From Eledone cirrhosa (lineage: Eukaryota), in the NCBI GenBank assembly GCA_964016885.1, contig OZ024741.1, forward strand, positions 129,208,001-129,272,000: DNA of 64,000 nucleotides, read 5' to 3'. The position numbers and the translations under genes are program-made. Below, piece by piece: positions 24,860 through 37,720 of this stretch. The notes under the pieces are model-generated. The model had not been told where the DNA came from and did no database searches. It saw only the letters and a list, made by a program, of their open reading frames with translations. How positions within the stretch are numbered: the first letter of the stretch is position 1; every line of letters begins with the position of its first letter.

Positions 24860-26530
24860 GTATATGTGTATGTGTGTGTGTGTATATATGAATAGTATGT
24901 TGTGTGTTAAAAATCTGTTTCATCTACTTATTTGCAATTTTCTTTTGAAAGTATTTATATTAGTTGATATTAGTCATCTGCTATTATCATCATCATCATC
25001 ATCATCATTATTGATTTTATTATTGTTTTCATTATTGCTATTGTTATTTATGTGTTTGTTCTGTAGACTGGGGTGCAGGGACAGGACAGCAGGGACAGGA
25101 CACATGCCCATCATGGGTCATATGTGGCTGGTAGGGGGGGGGGGGGAGTTGTCAGCAGGTGGGAATGGGGAGATATAGTTCAGAACATGTGAGGCTCTTT
25201 GATTTTGGATCTTACTAACTTGCCCTCCTCCCACCACTCCATATTGTTTTTTTTTTCTTTGTTGTTACTTTTTTTATTTTTCACTTGTTTCATGTTTTTT
25301 TTGTGTTATTTTCTGTTTATACGGTGGGGTGGGTGGTTCAGGGTTCTGATGTACCCTTGTGTGTGTGTGTGTGTGTGTGTGTGTGTCTGTGATCCCCAAT
25401 TAAGAATGTGTTATATAAGAGGTGACAACAAAGTTGGCCCCAGGAAGGGAATCCTTAAAACTGTGTGTTGTATTATCTTTGAGTCCTTGTGGCTAATATA
25501 GAAATTATTGTTATTATTTGAATTAATATTAAGGCCAGTGGATTGGCAGTATCAGAAGAGCGTCAAACATCATGCTTTGCTGCATATAGTTACATCCCTT
25601 TATGTTCTGGCTTTAAATCCCGCTGAGGTTAGCTTTTACTTTCATCTGTACGAGGTTGATAAAATAAGGTACCAGTAATGCATTGGTGTTGATTTAATCA
25701 ACTTTCTCCTCCTCCAAAATTGTTGGCTTTGTGCCTAAATCAGAAACTATTATTATTTGTAGGGACAAAAGTGTGAGATTGGCAGTATTCATAGAACATT
25801 AGATAAAATGCTTTGCAGTATTTAGCAATGATTTTTTAGATTCTGAATTCAAATCTCACTAAGGTCAATTTTATCATTTATTCTTCTGTGGTTGATAAAA
25901 TAGTGTACCAGTTAATGTACCAGTTAATGAACCAGAAATGTATGAATGTGTATTACTTTTGCTGATGCCTATTGGTGAAGAAATGTTAGAAGCAAAAAAA
26001 AAAAAACAACAACAAAAACAGTGCTCTTTTAAATGTCTTTTGTGGTATTTTTTGTGCCCCAAGTTACAGATGCTCCCTTGTCACTCGTACCATCAGAAAT
26101 ATTGTGAAATACAGTGACCCGGTCATTGGTCCATTAGAAACCTGTAACCAAGGATGCTGTTGTTTATCAGTTGCAATATAGATCATGTAGAATCGATCGA
26201 CAAGATCCGACCTCATTCATTTACTGAGTGGGGTGGAACTCATTAAATCAAACCAAGGAAACAATGTTTTCATTTGTCTTTCCATTGTTAATGCTGTCTA
26301 CTGGTCACAACTCCTGGCAGAAAGAGCAACGTGACATAAAGTGTCTTGCACAAGGACATAGCGTATCAACCAGTCCAGGAATCAAACTCGCAACCTCAGG
26401 ATTGTGAATCCAATTATCTAACCACTAAGCCACACACCTCCAGATCCTAAAAAATACATACTTTAATAATCTTCTGAGGTACATCAACCACTTATTCCAT
26501 TCACTTCTTCTGGATTACTTACTACTACAG

Positions 26531-26752
26531 CAGGAACAACAGGCACAGCAGTGCTTCAAGAAAGATAAGGGCACTGATTCTACAGACCACAACCCTGTTG
26601 AGGCAACAGTTCGCCGATCATTTGCTGATGTTGTCAAGAGTGCTCCTCCCAAATCACAATCGCCCCCAGCACTTCAACCCTTACCTAAATCTATTGGCTC
26701 TGCAGATCATCATAATGAACTGTCTCATCAAAGACATAAACAACCTCGTCAG
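26531..26752 (+). CDS. AKAP9: AKAP9/pericentrin-like exon G (QEQQAQQCFKK...RHKQPRQ), phase 0 to 0
   Basis: tactacag|cag NAGNAG acceptor, 74 open codons, CAG|gtgaga donor. Confidence 0.78.
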
Positions 26753-26980
26753 GTGAGATGTTTTGAGGTGCACTAAAGGACTGCTTACAAGAAAGCTAAT
26801 GATGTGGTTTTGCTTTATTGGGAATACTTTTATCAGCTGACTTTTTTTCTCAAGTTTTACTAATATATATTTTTTATCTTGGTTTACTAATATATCTTTT
26901 TGGTCTGTTTTACTAATATATTTTTTTATTACTTTGGAATTTATTTCATTGGTTTGGGTTTTTCTTTTATGAAATGTGTC

Positions 26981-27028
<48 letters not shown>

Positions 27029-27120
27029 GTTATGTAATTATAAATCTACATTGAGAGGTGTTCTGCTTCGCATGGCAGTGTGTGTGTGTGTGTTTGTGTA
27101 TATATATATAAGTATATATA

Positions 27121-27600
27121 TATTGTTATATTTGGGGATGTTCATCTTGCCAATACAAAGAAACTGATGCACCTTATAATTTTCACTTTATCTTTGTTTA
27201 TTATTCATTCGTTTGTCAAAGACACACAGCAAACGATACAACGCCCCTCCCCCTCACAAAACATACATAGACCTGACAAACACAAAACACACACACACAC
27301 ACACACAGATGTGGGCACAAATGCATGCACTGACACGGAACACACACCACAAAACAAACAAAGACAAGATGGAATAGAAGTTTAAGAGCAGGTAAAAGAG
27401 GAGGCACAAAACAGATAGTTATTGAGAAGGTCACAGAATGTGTGATGACAGGTCTTTGACAAATGAATGAATAACGAACAATAAAGATAAAGTGAAAATT
27501 ATATGGTGTGTGTGTTTCTTTTTATTGGCAATGTGATGATCCTCAGATATAACAATATCAGTTTCAACACAATTTCACATTAAGAATCTTATAGAAAAAA
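27121..27600 (+). mobile_element. Non-autonomous PLE remnant: inverted pLTR arms, degenerate HHR and 3' tail
   Basis: Arms 27121-27223 and about 27452-27557; tail 27558-27600 matches 39770-39814 and 45135-45170 in reverse; degenerate HHR at 27418-27460. Confidence 0.7.
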
Positions 27601-27630
27601 TACATAAACGTGTTTGTATATATATATATA

Positions 27631-28902
27631 CAGGGTGCGGACGATATTTGTTCGCAAGATTACTGTCTAGGAAAAAATAACACAGTAGTTTTATTTTTTA
27701 AGATATATTTATCAAACTTGGATCAGTTCGTCTTCATGACTTGTTCTTTCGATCTCACTCGATAAACCCGCCATTGGCTTTGATGATGGCCTCAGAAGCG
27801 GCTACAGGCCTTCGTCACTGTCCCCCGACTTAGGCCCCTAAAGACACTTGTGATCCTGGCCTTCAGATCGTCTTTCGTATTGCAGCTAGATCTGTTGGTG
27901 TCTCGTTCCACTGCGCCCCACACAAAGAAGTCGAGGGGGTTGCAGTCAGGCAAGCTGGGAGGCCAGATGTCAGGTGAAGTGTGGTCGACGAAGTTCTCTG
28001 ACAGCCAGGCTTGGGTCTTTCGGCTGGTATAGCAGGGCGCTGAGTCTTGCTGCCACACGTACGGCCTACCTGCAGCTACCTGGTCGATCCAGGGCTTTAC
28101 TACCTCGCTCAGAACGCGGATGTAGTCATTGGTGTTCAGCTTGAGGCTCTCAGGGAAGAAGTGAGGTGGCATGACGTTACCTTGACTGCTGACGACACCT
28201 AAAACCAATGTAGTCGCTGAAAACTTTGTCTGCATGACTCTGGGCATGTCTTTGGATGAGACAGCGAGCCACCTGTTGTTCTGGGAGTTGATCTTCTGGT
28301 CTTGGCAGAAGTTTTTCTCGTCGGAGAAAAACCACAGCATGTCTGGCTCCAGTGGGTGTTTCAACTTGTTGATCAGCTTCTTTGCGTGCTTCAGTCGCTT
28401 TTCTTGCATCGCCTTTGACAGAAATTGTCTTTTCCTCATCTTGTATGAAACGTAGCGAATGTCTTCATGTACCACCAGCCTTTCTTCCTTGCAATGGCAC
28501 GCATCGACTTGCTAGGTTCATTGTTGATGATATCCTGAACTTCAGCGACAAACTCGGGCGTTCTGAAGGCATCAGATCGTCGATCATGTGTTTTCCTCTC
28601 TGATGTTGCTTCGTAGTCGAATCCTGAATCTTCCAATTCCTTTCTGATCTTTTCCACCATTCTCCTGCTGACGCAGAGAAAGTCTGAAATTTCCTTATTT
28701 GTCCCCCCGGCGCAGATTCCAAGAAGAACTCTGTGTCTCTTCCACAAATTTGGAGGTTCAAAATTATTCATAATCAATTATTCTGAAAATAAATAATGGA
28801 AATATAGTCTGTTTTTATGAAGACAAGAGTGACAATGGAAGTAAAAAAAATTTGCATAAAATTAGCAGTTGAAAATTGTGAACAAATATCGTCCACACCC
28901 TG
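27631..28902 (-). mobile_element. Tc1/mariner DD37D (maT) DNA transposon, full length, 1272 bp
   Basis: 27 bp TIRs CAGGGTG(C/T)GGACGATATTTGTTC(G/A)CAA, TA target site in (TA)n, transposase inside. Confidence 0.93.
27755..28777 (-). pseudogene. DD37D transposase, frameshifted
   Basis: HTH N-terminus (28777 to about 28480), then WFFSDEKNF...WQQDSAP-x-WPPSLPDCNPLD with 37 residues between D2 and D3. Frameshifts at about 28480 and 27793; the C-terminal EAIIKANGGFIE* lies in another frame. Confidence 0.9.
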
Positions 28903-29058
28903 TATATATATAAAGTATTTCTGTAGGAAAGGTAAAGGAAAAGAGTGCTCTATGTAGGCTACAGAGTTTTTTTTTTATTACATAACTAAATATATATATA
29001 TATATAGTTTCTAATACTTAAACATCTCAATGAGAGAAATTTCTCAGAGAAGCAATAT

Positions 29059-29300
29059 TATATATTAAAATTAAGGAAAGCTCTAATTATAGGAGTACAA
29101 ACAAGATAGACAAAAAAAGTATTCTAGTTAACCTTGCTTATAGATAAATCTCCCTACCATGGTTTTGTATGGGGAAGAATTCTTATTGGAACCACCATGG
29201 TAGGGAGATCTATATTTAAAGGATGTTAGATAGAATACTTTTTTGTCTATCTTGTTTGTACTCCTATAATTAGTTTTTTCTCATTTAATTTTAATATATA
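29059..29300. repeat. Fold-back element flanked by (TA)n
   Basis: ctaattataggagtacaaacaagatagacaaaaaa / ttttttgtctatcttgtttgtactcctataattag and atctccctaccatgg / ccatggtagggagat. Confidence 0.8.
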
Positions 29301-29358
<58 letters not shown>

Positions 29359-29644
29359 TAAATTATGTCCATAGAATCATTTGATAAAATATATACACTA
29401 TTTCCTCTCCCAACTAGCATAATTAACCACATAAAAAATCAATTAGACCAGGCTATAAGAATAAAGGCTCCTATGAAGAAATACTTGATAAATAAACTAC
29501 AGCAGCCTCTTTGCGGCCGACCGCAACAGAATATTTACCCAACATTTCAACAGCATGTAGAAATCGACTAAATATACCGTCAACCATACACAATTAGGTA
29601 TAAATTTAAAGTTAGAAGAAATGCGTACACTCTTACCGTGATTA

Positions 29645-29726
29645 TGTCCCTACCCTGGGTTTCGTTCGCGTTTTGAGATATATCCTATTAAGGATAAATC
29701 TCGAGTATCGAACTCATCAGGAGACA
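29645..29726 (-). ncRNA. Canonical type I hammerhead ribozyme
   Basis: - strand TGTCTC-CTGATGA-GTTCG...GAGAT.TATCCT-TAAT-AGGATA.ATCTC...CGAAC-GAAAC-CCAGG-GTA-GGGACA: full core, stem I TGTCTC/GGGACA, long stem II, GUA cleavage triplet. Confidence 0.85.
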
Positions 29727-30784
29727 AACTCATAGGACAGTTAATTTTCCAAATCGATCCCCGCCAGAGATAGATTAAAAAATGGTTAAGAATCGTGACG
29801 TGGCAGTGGTCAAGTTAGAAAGAATGTGATTAGTTGCTTACGGCGAGTGGGCTGGTTGCTAGAAAGCGCATGCATATATAGACACACACTCTTGTGTGTG
29901 CATTGTATTTTCTCTATGCTTTAATTAGTGTGTGGTGAAGGGTAACAAATGCAAATTCAGTTATTTTTGGTTTTTGTTATTTGAAAAGCAGTGGAGTGTC
30001 AGTAATTATTGTAAACAAAAAAAAAAACAACAAATGCTACTTCTTTTTACCACCAAAAGCAGCAACAAAACTAATATCAATATCACCACCAGCAATATCA
30101 ATACCACCACTAACAATACCACTACCAACACCAACACCATCACTAACAACATTACCAACAAAAACATCACCACTAATAACACCAACATTACCATTATCAT
30201 CACCACCACCATCCAACAAAACCAACATCACTAACACCACCAATAACATCACCAGTAAAAACAACACTACTAATAACACCACTAACACCAACACTAATAA
30301 CACCACCACCAACAACAACAAAAACAAAATCACCACTACCACCTCAACCATTGATTTTCTGCATGACTTGGTTCTTTACCTTTTGACAGTGTTTTTGATA
30401 AATCTGTGATCTTGAACCATGTAATATAGTGAGTTGAAAATCTACAATGAACTTATTATTTGAGTTGTTAGTAGGAAAAGAAAGAAGAATCACTCTCAGG
30501 ATATTAAATAATCTTTAAAATCACCAAACAAGGGAGATAACTCCAGTAAGAGTAACATTGAAAGTTTTAGACACTTCTGATTGAAGTGGATGTGGTCTTT
30601 TATGCCAATTGGTGAAAGCAATGTCTTATTTGACTTCTCAGTGAAGAATGTTGTACTCAGACAAGATGTGGGACAGAATATTTAGGTGGACCATAGAAAA
30701 ATTTCACTGGCTGCTCCAGGTGGTATCAATGCAAAGCAAAGATGCACACGGATATCTAATCTCTGTTTGTCTTTCTCTCTGTAG

Positions 30785-30861
30785 CGCCAGTTGGATGTAG
30801 TCAAAGAGGTTCCACAAGAATGTACAGAGGTCGAAGCTTCATTAAATGAATCGAATAAAAC
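30785..30861 (+). CDS. AKAP9: AKAP9/pericentrin-like exon H (RQLDVVKEVPQECTEVEASLNESNK), phase 0 to 2
   Basis: ctctctgtag| acceptor and AC|gtaagt donor; supplies the phase 2 needed by the next exon. Confidence 0.82.
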
Positions 30862-30925
30862 GTAAGTTTATTCATTTATAAAAATATTCAAGAGTAATTT
30901 TAATTCTGTCCCTCTCTCCTTCCCT

Positions 30926-31065
30926 CCCCCTCATATCTCTTTCCCCCTCATATCTCTTTCCTGCTCATATCTCTTTCCCCCTCATATCTCTTTCCCCCTC
31001 ATATCTCTTTCCCCCTCATATCTCTTTCCCCCTCATATCTCTCTTTCCCCTCACATCTCTCTTTT
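30926..31065. repeat. About 17-18 bp minisatellite (CCCCCTCATATCTCTTT)n
   Basis: About seven tandem units. Confidence 0.85.
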
Positions 31066-31234
31066 TCCCCTTCCATCTCTCCCATCTCTCTCTATCTCCC
31101 AATCTTTCTTCTCCCACTACTCTCCCACTCCCTTCCCATCTCTCCCTCTCACCTTTTATCTCTCTTTCCCCTTCCATATCTGCCAGTCTCTCCCTCTCCT
31201 ATCATTCTAATATTCTATTATTCTTTATCCATAG

Positions 31235-31560
31235 GGAAATATTTAAAGAGACCAACAAACAGCTGTTACGACACCTGTCCAGTTTAGTACGAACCTACCT
31301 GAACATTGAGGATTCCATAAACAAAAAGCTAAGTCAGGTGTTGGCTGATAGTAAGAATGCATCCGAGAAAGGGTCTCGCTCCAACCACCTGGGAATTCCA
31401 CAGTCTACCTCAGACACAGACTCTGGCTTTTCAAAACGACAGAGACGTCGCTATAAATCAGCCGAAAGACTCGACTTCAGTAAGTCCTCACCTGAAGAAT
31501 CATTCCAACGGGTATCACGAGCTCGCTCCATGGATCCCATCCACCCATTCTCCAGTTCCC
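31235..31560 (+). CDS. AKAP9: AKAP9/pericentrin-like exon I (EIFKETNKQLLRHLSSLVRTYLNIEDSINKKL...), phase 2 to 1
   Basis: atccatag| acceptor and C|gtaagt donor; resembles the vertebrate AKAP9 segment ANNRLLKILLEVVKTTAAVEETI (recalled, not aligned). Confidence 0.88.
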
Positions 31561-33607
31561 GTAAGTTTTTTTGTAAATTTTATTGACTAATGTCTTTTAC
31601 TCATCAGATAATTATTACTTCTAGTTGGATTTAATTGCTTATCATCATAATTTCTCATCCATTTTTTTCTATGCATGGGTTGGACAGATCATGATAGACC
31701 AAGTTAGTACTTAATCAGAGCTACTCACATCCTTGGTGTGTTGGAGGACCACGTCTCACTCCTAAAGTTGACTTTGGTGGGATTTGAATTTAAAGAGTGC
31801 AGAGAGCTGGAATGAATACCAGAAAATATTTTATCTGATGTCCTAATGACTGCCAATTTTACAGAGTATACTGGGTGCATTTTATCTAGACATCAGCTCA
31901 GTGTATTAAATATGTTAATACTCAATTTATACTTAGAATATTGTGTAAGGCCTTATAATAGTGAAGATAAAGTTTTGCACTACTCACAATTTATAAGTTC
32001 AAATCTTGCTATTATGTCGTCTCCCCATACAAAACTCCTAATTCTGTTATATCTATCTGGAACAAGAATCTAGTTCTGTTTCCTACTTTATAATTTGCTG
32101 GTTAGTTGTAGGAAGAGCATATATCTAGCCATAAAACACACAAACAATTGTTCCTGTAATAGACTATCCCAACCATAATCATGTGAAAATGGATGGCATT
32201 ACAGGGCTGAGACCCTTTAAATGAAATTTGAGGTGCTTCTCGAAAAAAATTTGAGTAAAAAAATTTTAATTAATTATACTTGGTTATTATTTATTAATGA
32301 TTATAATTAGTTACAAAATGTTCCTTTTAGCTAGTTAATTGATTTATTCCATTTGCCGCATAGAAAATGAAAATATATTAAAAAAAATTAGGCCCCTGGG
32401 GTGTGTGACTCTAAGCTATAGCTTATTTAGCTTATAGGTAAGTCAAGAACTGTGTCATTATCATCAAGATCTGTCAAGAAAGGGTTTGACACAGGAGGAT
32501 GCTTAGGAAAGGGATAGCTGTAGAGAATATCAATTTACAAAGGCCAAGACACAGCAACATTGCTGGATAAAGTAGATGATGATGATGATCATTATTTTTA
32601 TGTCTACTTTTCCATGCTTCCTGACCCCCAACTCTCCCTTTATTTCTATGTATGATATATACCACATATGTCACTCATCCTCATTGAACTGCTAAGAAAG
32701 CTGTCGGATATGTTGTTTATTGATTATGCAAGACATTTATATTTAAATGGTACCAGTATGAAAATTACAAGCAAAGATAGATACATGCACAGGCAAACGC
32801 CCCCAGCCCCACATATAAACAAGGGGCTTTTACCAAATTCACTGACATGCCATTGAATGATGCCAAGGCCTTCGTAGAGGACAATTACCTAGGGTTCCAT
32901 GTAGTAGAGTCCAACCTGAAACTATTGGTGCAAAGTGTACTTGGTAACTACACAACTATATTTGCACATGTAAAAATATAATAATGATTTCTGATTTAGG
33001 CAGAAAGCCAACAATGTTTTGGGAGGGAAAGTCGATTAAATCAACTCCAGTGCATTACTGGTACTTTATTGTATCGGTCCTGTAAAGATGAAAGGCAAAT
33101 CTAACCTCGACAGGATTTGAATTCAGGACATAAAGAAACGTAATTATATGCCGCAAAGTATGTTGTCCAACGCTCTACCAATACTGCCAATCCATTGCCT
33201 TGTAAAAAATGTAATAATACGAAAAAATAATAATTAATCTCATAGAAAACCTGTCTTTGACCTTTGGTTATTGTATCTGCTGAGGAATCTGTCTATGAGG
33301 AGACTCTGTTTACCATTTCAGAACACATTTCAAAGAGATGTAACATTTATAAGATGCAATGTAAGAGATTTTAATTCTTTATCTAATTATTAAGTTAATC
33401 CAGAAGAATCTGAGCCAAGGAATATAATAGGATCAAAACCTTAGACTTACTGGATGACTAAGTTACAACTTATTAAAACTTCAGGGAAACTACATGGAAA
33501 ATTGTTTGGAAACCTGAATGAAAAAAAGAAATTGAATTGTAAATATTTATACACAACACAGCATATATTGATTCAAGATAAATTTAATATGGATACATCT
33601 ATAGATT

Positions 33608-33820
33608 TGAACCCTTAAGCATTTAAACCAGCCGTATCTGGCCAGAACTCTCTCACCTCTTTCTGTTCAAACTGGCTGTAACTAGCCGTTCATACCTACA
33701 ATAAGGTATTGTTTTCAAAATAAATAATACCAAAATCTCATAGATTCGATATTATGTGAAATAAAGCCTTTACTTTGAAAATACAATAGATATAGAGTAA
33801 TGGAAGTGCTAAAGGGTTAA
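33608..33820. mobile_element. piggyBac-like MITE copy
   Basis: Similar to 2969-3197; ends TGCTAAAGGG-TTAA. Confidence 0.7.
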
Positions 33821-34248
33821 ATAATAAACTTGCAGTGTGAAAATAATGAGTTTTTTAACATTTGTATGGATTTTAGAGATTTTCTCTTCATCAGAAAATA
33901 ACAAATTTGCCTACAGAGAGGGTTTATAGTAGTTGCAGATATAACAGTAGAAAGCCTGTTTACTGTTCATTAATGTCACAGCGAGGCTTCTAATTTATAA
34001 ACTGTAGTTATATCTATATTAGCCCTTTCTTGGTTGTATTTCTAATGAAATACACTCTATTTCAATTAATTTATGAAGAATTTTAAGAGATTTACTAAAA
34101 TTAATTATTTCATTATGAAGAAACTTAACATGGTTCTTATGTTGGAAAATTTTAATTCAAATATGAACTCTTTAAAATTGGTGGTTTTGTTTCATACAAC
34201 CAGTTTCTTTTGGCTGGGTTGGTATCAAAAGAGCTAAATAGAAACACT

Positions 34249-34478
34249 TTAGCCCTTTATTTAGCATTTAAACTGGCTGTATCTGGCCAGAATTCTCTCA
34301 CCTCTTTGTGTTCAAACCGGCCATAACCGGCTGCTCATACTTATGTTAATGTATTCTTCTCAAAATAAATATCAAAATCTCACAGATTCGATATTATGTG
34401 AGATAATTATGTGAAATAAAGTGTTTACTGTGAAAATACAATAGTAAATATAGAGTGATGTAAATACTAAAGGGTTAA
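34249..34478. mobile_element. piggyBac-like MITE copy beside a second-family MITE
   Basis: Similar to 2969-3197; ends TACTAAAGGG-TTAA. Confidence 0.7.
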
Positions 34479-35455
34479 AATGGGTGGTTTTGTTGCATAG
34501 AATTTTGGTTGGGTTGGTATCAAAAGAGTTTAGTAATAAGTTGAATGTTAAAACAAGATGTGGTTGATGCACAAGTTTTCTGTGAATTAACAAGCTGTTT
34601 CATCAATTGTGACCTTGTCATCTAATGAGGCTAAGATTTTGATTTTATTTCTCTTGAGCTGAATTCTTTGAAAAATATGTTTGAGTCTATTAAATCTCCT
34701 GCATGGGAATCAGTGATGTCCTGCATGGGAATCAGTGATATCCTGCATGGGAATCAGTGATGTCTGTCTTGGTACTGGTATTGGATGTTTCAGTTCTGTG
34801 GGTGAGGTGGTGAATGTGCACTCCTGGAGCAGTTACACCAAATTTGAGCATTCACCTTGCCTTACCCACACATATTTTTTTTATTTTAACTTTTTTCTTT
34901 CTTATTTAAAAAAAAACAAACTATTTTACAACTTTTCTGTGCATGGTTGGGTCGTCGGTGACTAAACCAGCAACCCCACCAAGCTGGCTTAGTGAGGAGG
35001 GTGATTTTGGACACCCTGTGGGATGAAAAGCAAAAGCCGTCAACGGGTGAAGGTACTCAGGAGAGTCAACAGCCATCCAATAAATATTTTCTTTTTTTTG
35101 TGGAGCGAGAGACTCCTAGTCTTCATTAAGACATCTCTCTAGGAGAAGGTCACCCTGATATAAACCCTGCGACTTTGTTTGCATCCATTTGATGTTCAGA
35201 GTGTGGAATTGGTCCCATGCAAAGCCTTTCCTCATTTAAAAAAGCTTCAAGCACAGGCATCACTTGATGTGATATTTTTTGCGATGCATGACATTGCTGC
35301 CCTAGGCAAGTCCCCAGCAAAATTAAAAGCCATGTCCGTGATGTTTATGCTTAAGTATCAAGCAATGGCATTACTCGAAATCGAGTTGTAGCCATCATAT
35401 ATATATACTCTTTTACTCAGTGGTGCTAACTCAGAGTGGTTCATGATAGTGGTGT

Positions 35456-36130
35456 ATCATCATCATCATCATCATCACCACCGTTTTACGTTCGTTCTTC
35501 CACGCTAGCATGGGTTAGACGGGTTGTCCTGTTGTGGGCAGTGTCTGGTTGGCTGACCATGCCTTGCTCATACAGGAACTGATTTGGCTTGATTTCTACA
35601 GCTGGATGCCCTTCCTAACACCAACCTCATTTATAGTGAGTGCTGGGTGCTTTTTCGTGGCACCTACACGTCCACTTTACAATGTGGGCTGGGTGCTTTT
35701 TTGCCGTGGCACCCCCACGACCACCTTGCAGTGGGGGGTGTGGGGGCATATTGTCTATATGCTTCAGCTTGTACCCATGGGAGGTCGGGTACTCTGTATT
35801 ACTGCGTGACGCCAGAGGTCACGGTCGTGTGTCATCGCCTTTGAGAGGTGTAATTGGGTAAGGTCGGCTTTTATCACCTCATCCCAGGTCATCTTGGGTC
35901 TCCCCACTCCATGGTTTCCATCGACTTCTAGTGCTCTGCACCTTTTTATGCAGCTGTCATCCTTCATACGCATCACATGTCCATACCAACGCAACCGCCT
36001 CTCCTGCACACAGCATTTGATTCCTCTTATGCTCAGTCTCTCTCTCAATTCATTTATGCTTTGTCGTTCGCGTATATTACTATTACACATCCATCGGAGC
36101 ATGCAGGCTTCGTTTCTCTCTAATCTACGT
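35456..36130 (-). mobile_element. 5'-truncated RTE LINE
   Basis: MLRWMCNSNIRERQS...ERRLRWYGHVMRMKDDSC...GRPKMTWDEV, 3' UTR and (TGA)n tail. Confidence 0.9.
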
Positions 36131-37567
36131 GTATATGAAAGAATATATGATATGTTTATGTATAATAAACATACAAGAGTCTGGCTATGAATATTTTAAT
36201 CTGTGATCATGTCACAGCTATCTGTGAAGCTGGTGACAGTGCCAGATTACTGTTTCTAGATTTTCAACCTTCATTGGTGACATTTACTCACTCGGTACTG
36301 AGATGAGAATAAGCTGAAACTTATACTCTGTCACTTAACATCAATGAAACTGAGATAAGCACTGGTCTGATGAGCATCAGGGCTTGGGACAAACTTTGTA
36401 TATATCATCATCATCGTTTAATGTCCATTTTCCACACTAGCATGGGTTAGATGGGTTGTCCCATTAGAAGCGAGTTGGATCAGGTGACAATGTCTTGCTC
36501 ATATCGGACTGTTTCTGGCTAGATTTCTATGGCTGGATGCCCTTCCTAATGCCAACCACATTTACAGTGTGTGCTGGGTGCTTTTTGTCGTGACAACCGC
36601 ATGACCACTTTACAATGTGGGCAGGGTGCTTTTTGTTGTGACACCTACATGACCACTTTACAGTGTGGACTGGGTACTTTTTGTTGTGACACCGTCATGA
36701 CCACTTTACAGTGTAGGCTGGATATTTTTAGTGATACCAACATAACTTTACAGTGTAAGTAAGGGTGGTGTGGACAGAAGTGGAAGGGTGGGTGTATGGG
36801 TGTGGAGGTGTATGGAAGGGAGTACAGTGGTTAAGAGCTGCCTACTAGATGTATGTTTGAGTCCATTTGCATGGGAAAGCAGGTCTTTTGTATTACTGCA
36901 TAATGTCAAAGATCTCGATCATATATATACATATATATATATACGATCACCATATATCAGCATATATGTGTGTGTGCATGTAAAATAAATAACTGCTATC
37001 ACAATATTATAAAGATTTCTATATTTTTTCTCATGCATGTGTTTGTATTAGTGGTGGTAGTTGTTATATAAGCTTGGTCAGCTCTTCTTGACCAAGGCAT
37101 GTGGCTGTCACAACTTTCTCATGGATGAAAGGTTATTGAAATATGTTGTCTTGGGACCACATATTACATATAATGTTATTGTCCTGTTTTGCCTTTCATG
37201 TATGTATATATGTCTGTGTATATATTTTTATACACACACACAACTTTTTGTTATAGAAGCTTGCTCCTGGGAGCATGTGACACATAACACTGATGTTATG
37301 GGTTCCCTTTCATGTATGTATATATGTCTGTGTGGTCTATATATATTTATATACAGACACAACTTTTGTTATTTATTTTTATGAAATTCTTTTGGTTTAT
37401 TCTTCTATTACCTCAGAATATTCTCTTAAATTCTCAAACTTCTCACTTTCTTCCCTCTCTAATCTTGTAGATATATGGAAGTTTATGTGTGGCATGGTAC
37501 CTGTAATTTTGTGGAGGAAATCCATCTTTTCATGATTCTTCAACACAGTCTTTTTTTCTCCATTTAG

Positions 37568-37720
37568 GTTCCCCATTTGAAGAAAACCGATCGGATGTCC
37601 TACATCTAACCAATTTAGTATCAAGTATCTCAGATGAAGGCCTGGTACTCTCCCGGCAGTTTGATAGTAATATATTTTCTGGACCTGGTCTGGACAGTGA
37701 TAGTGAGGAGTTGATTAATG
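37568..37720 (+). CDS. AKAP9: AKAP9/pericentrin-like exon J (RSPFEEN...SDEGLVLSRQFDSNIFSGPGLDSDSEELIN), phase 1 to 1
   Basis: ccatttag| acceptor and G|gtaagt donor; resembles AKAP9 TEEGTELSQRL...FAGTEIDPENEELM (recalled). Confidence 0.88.
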
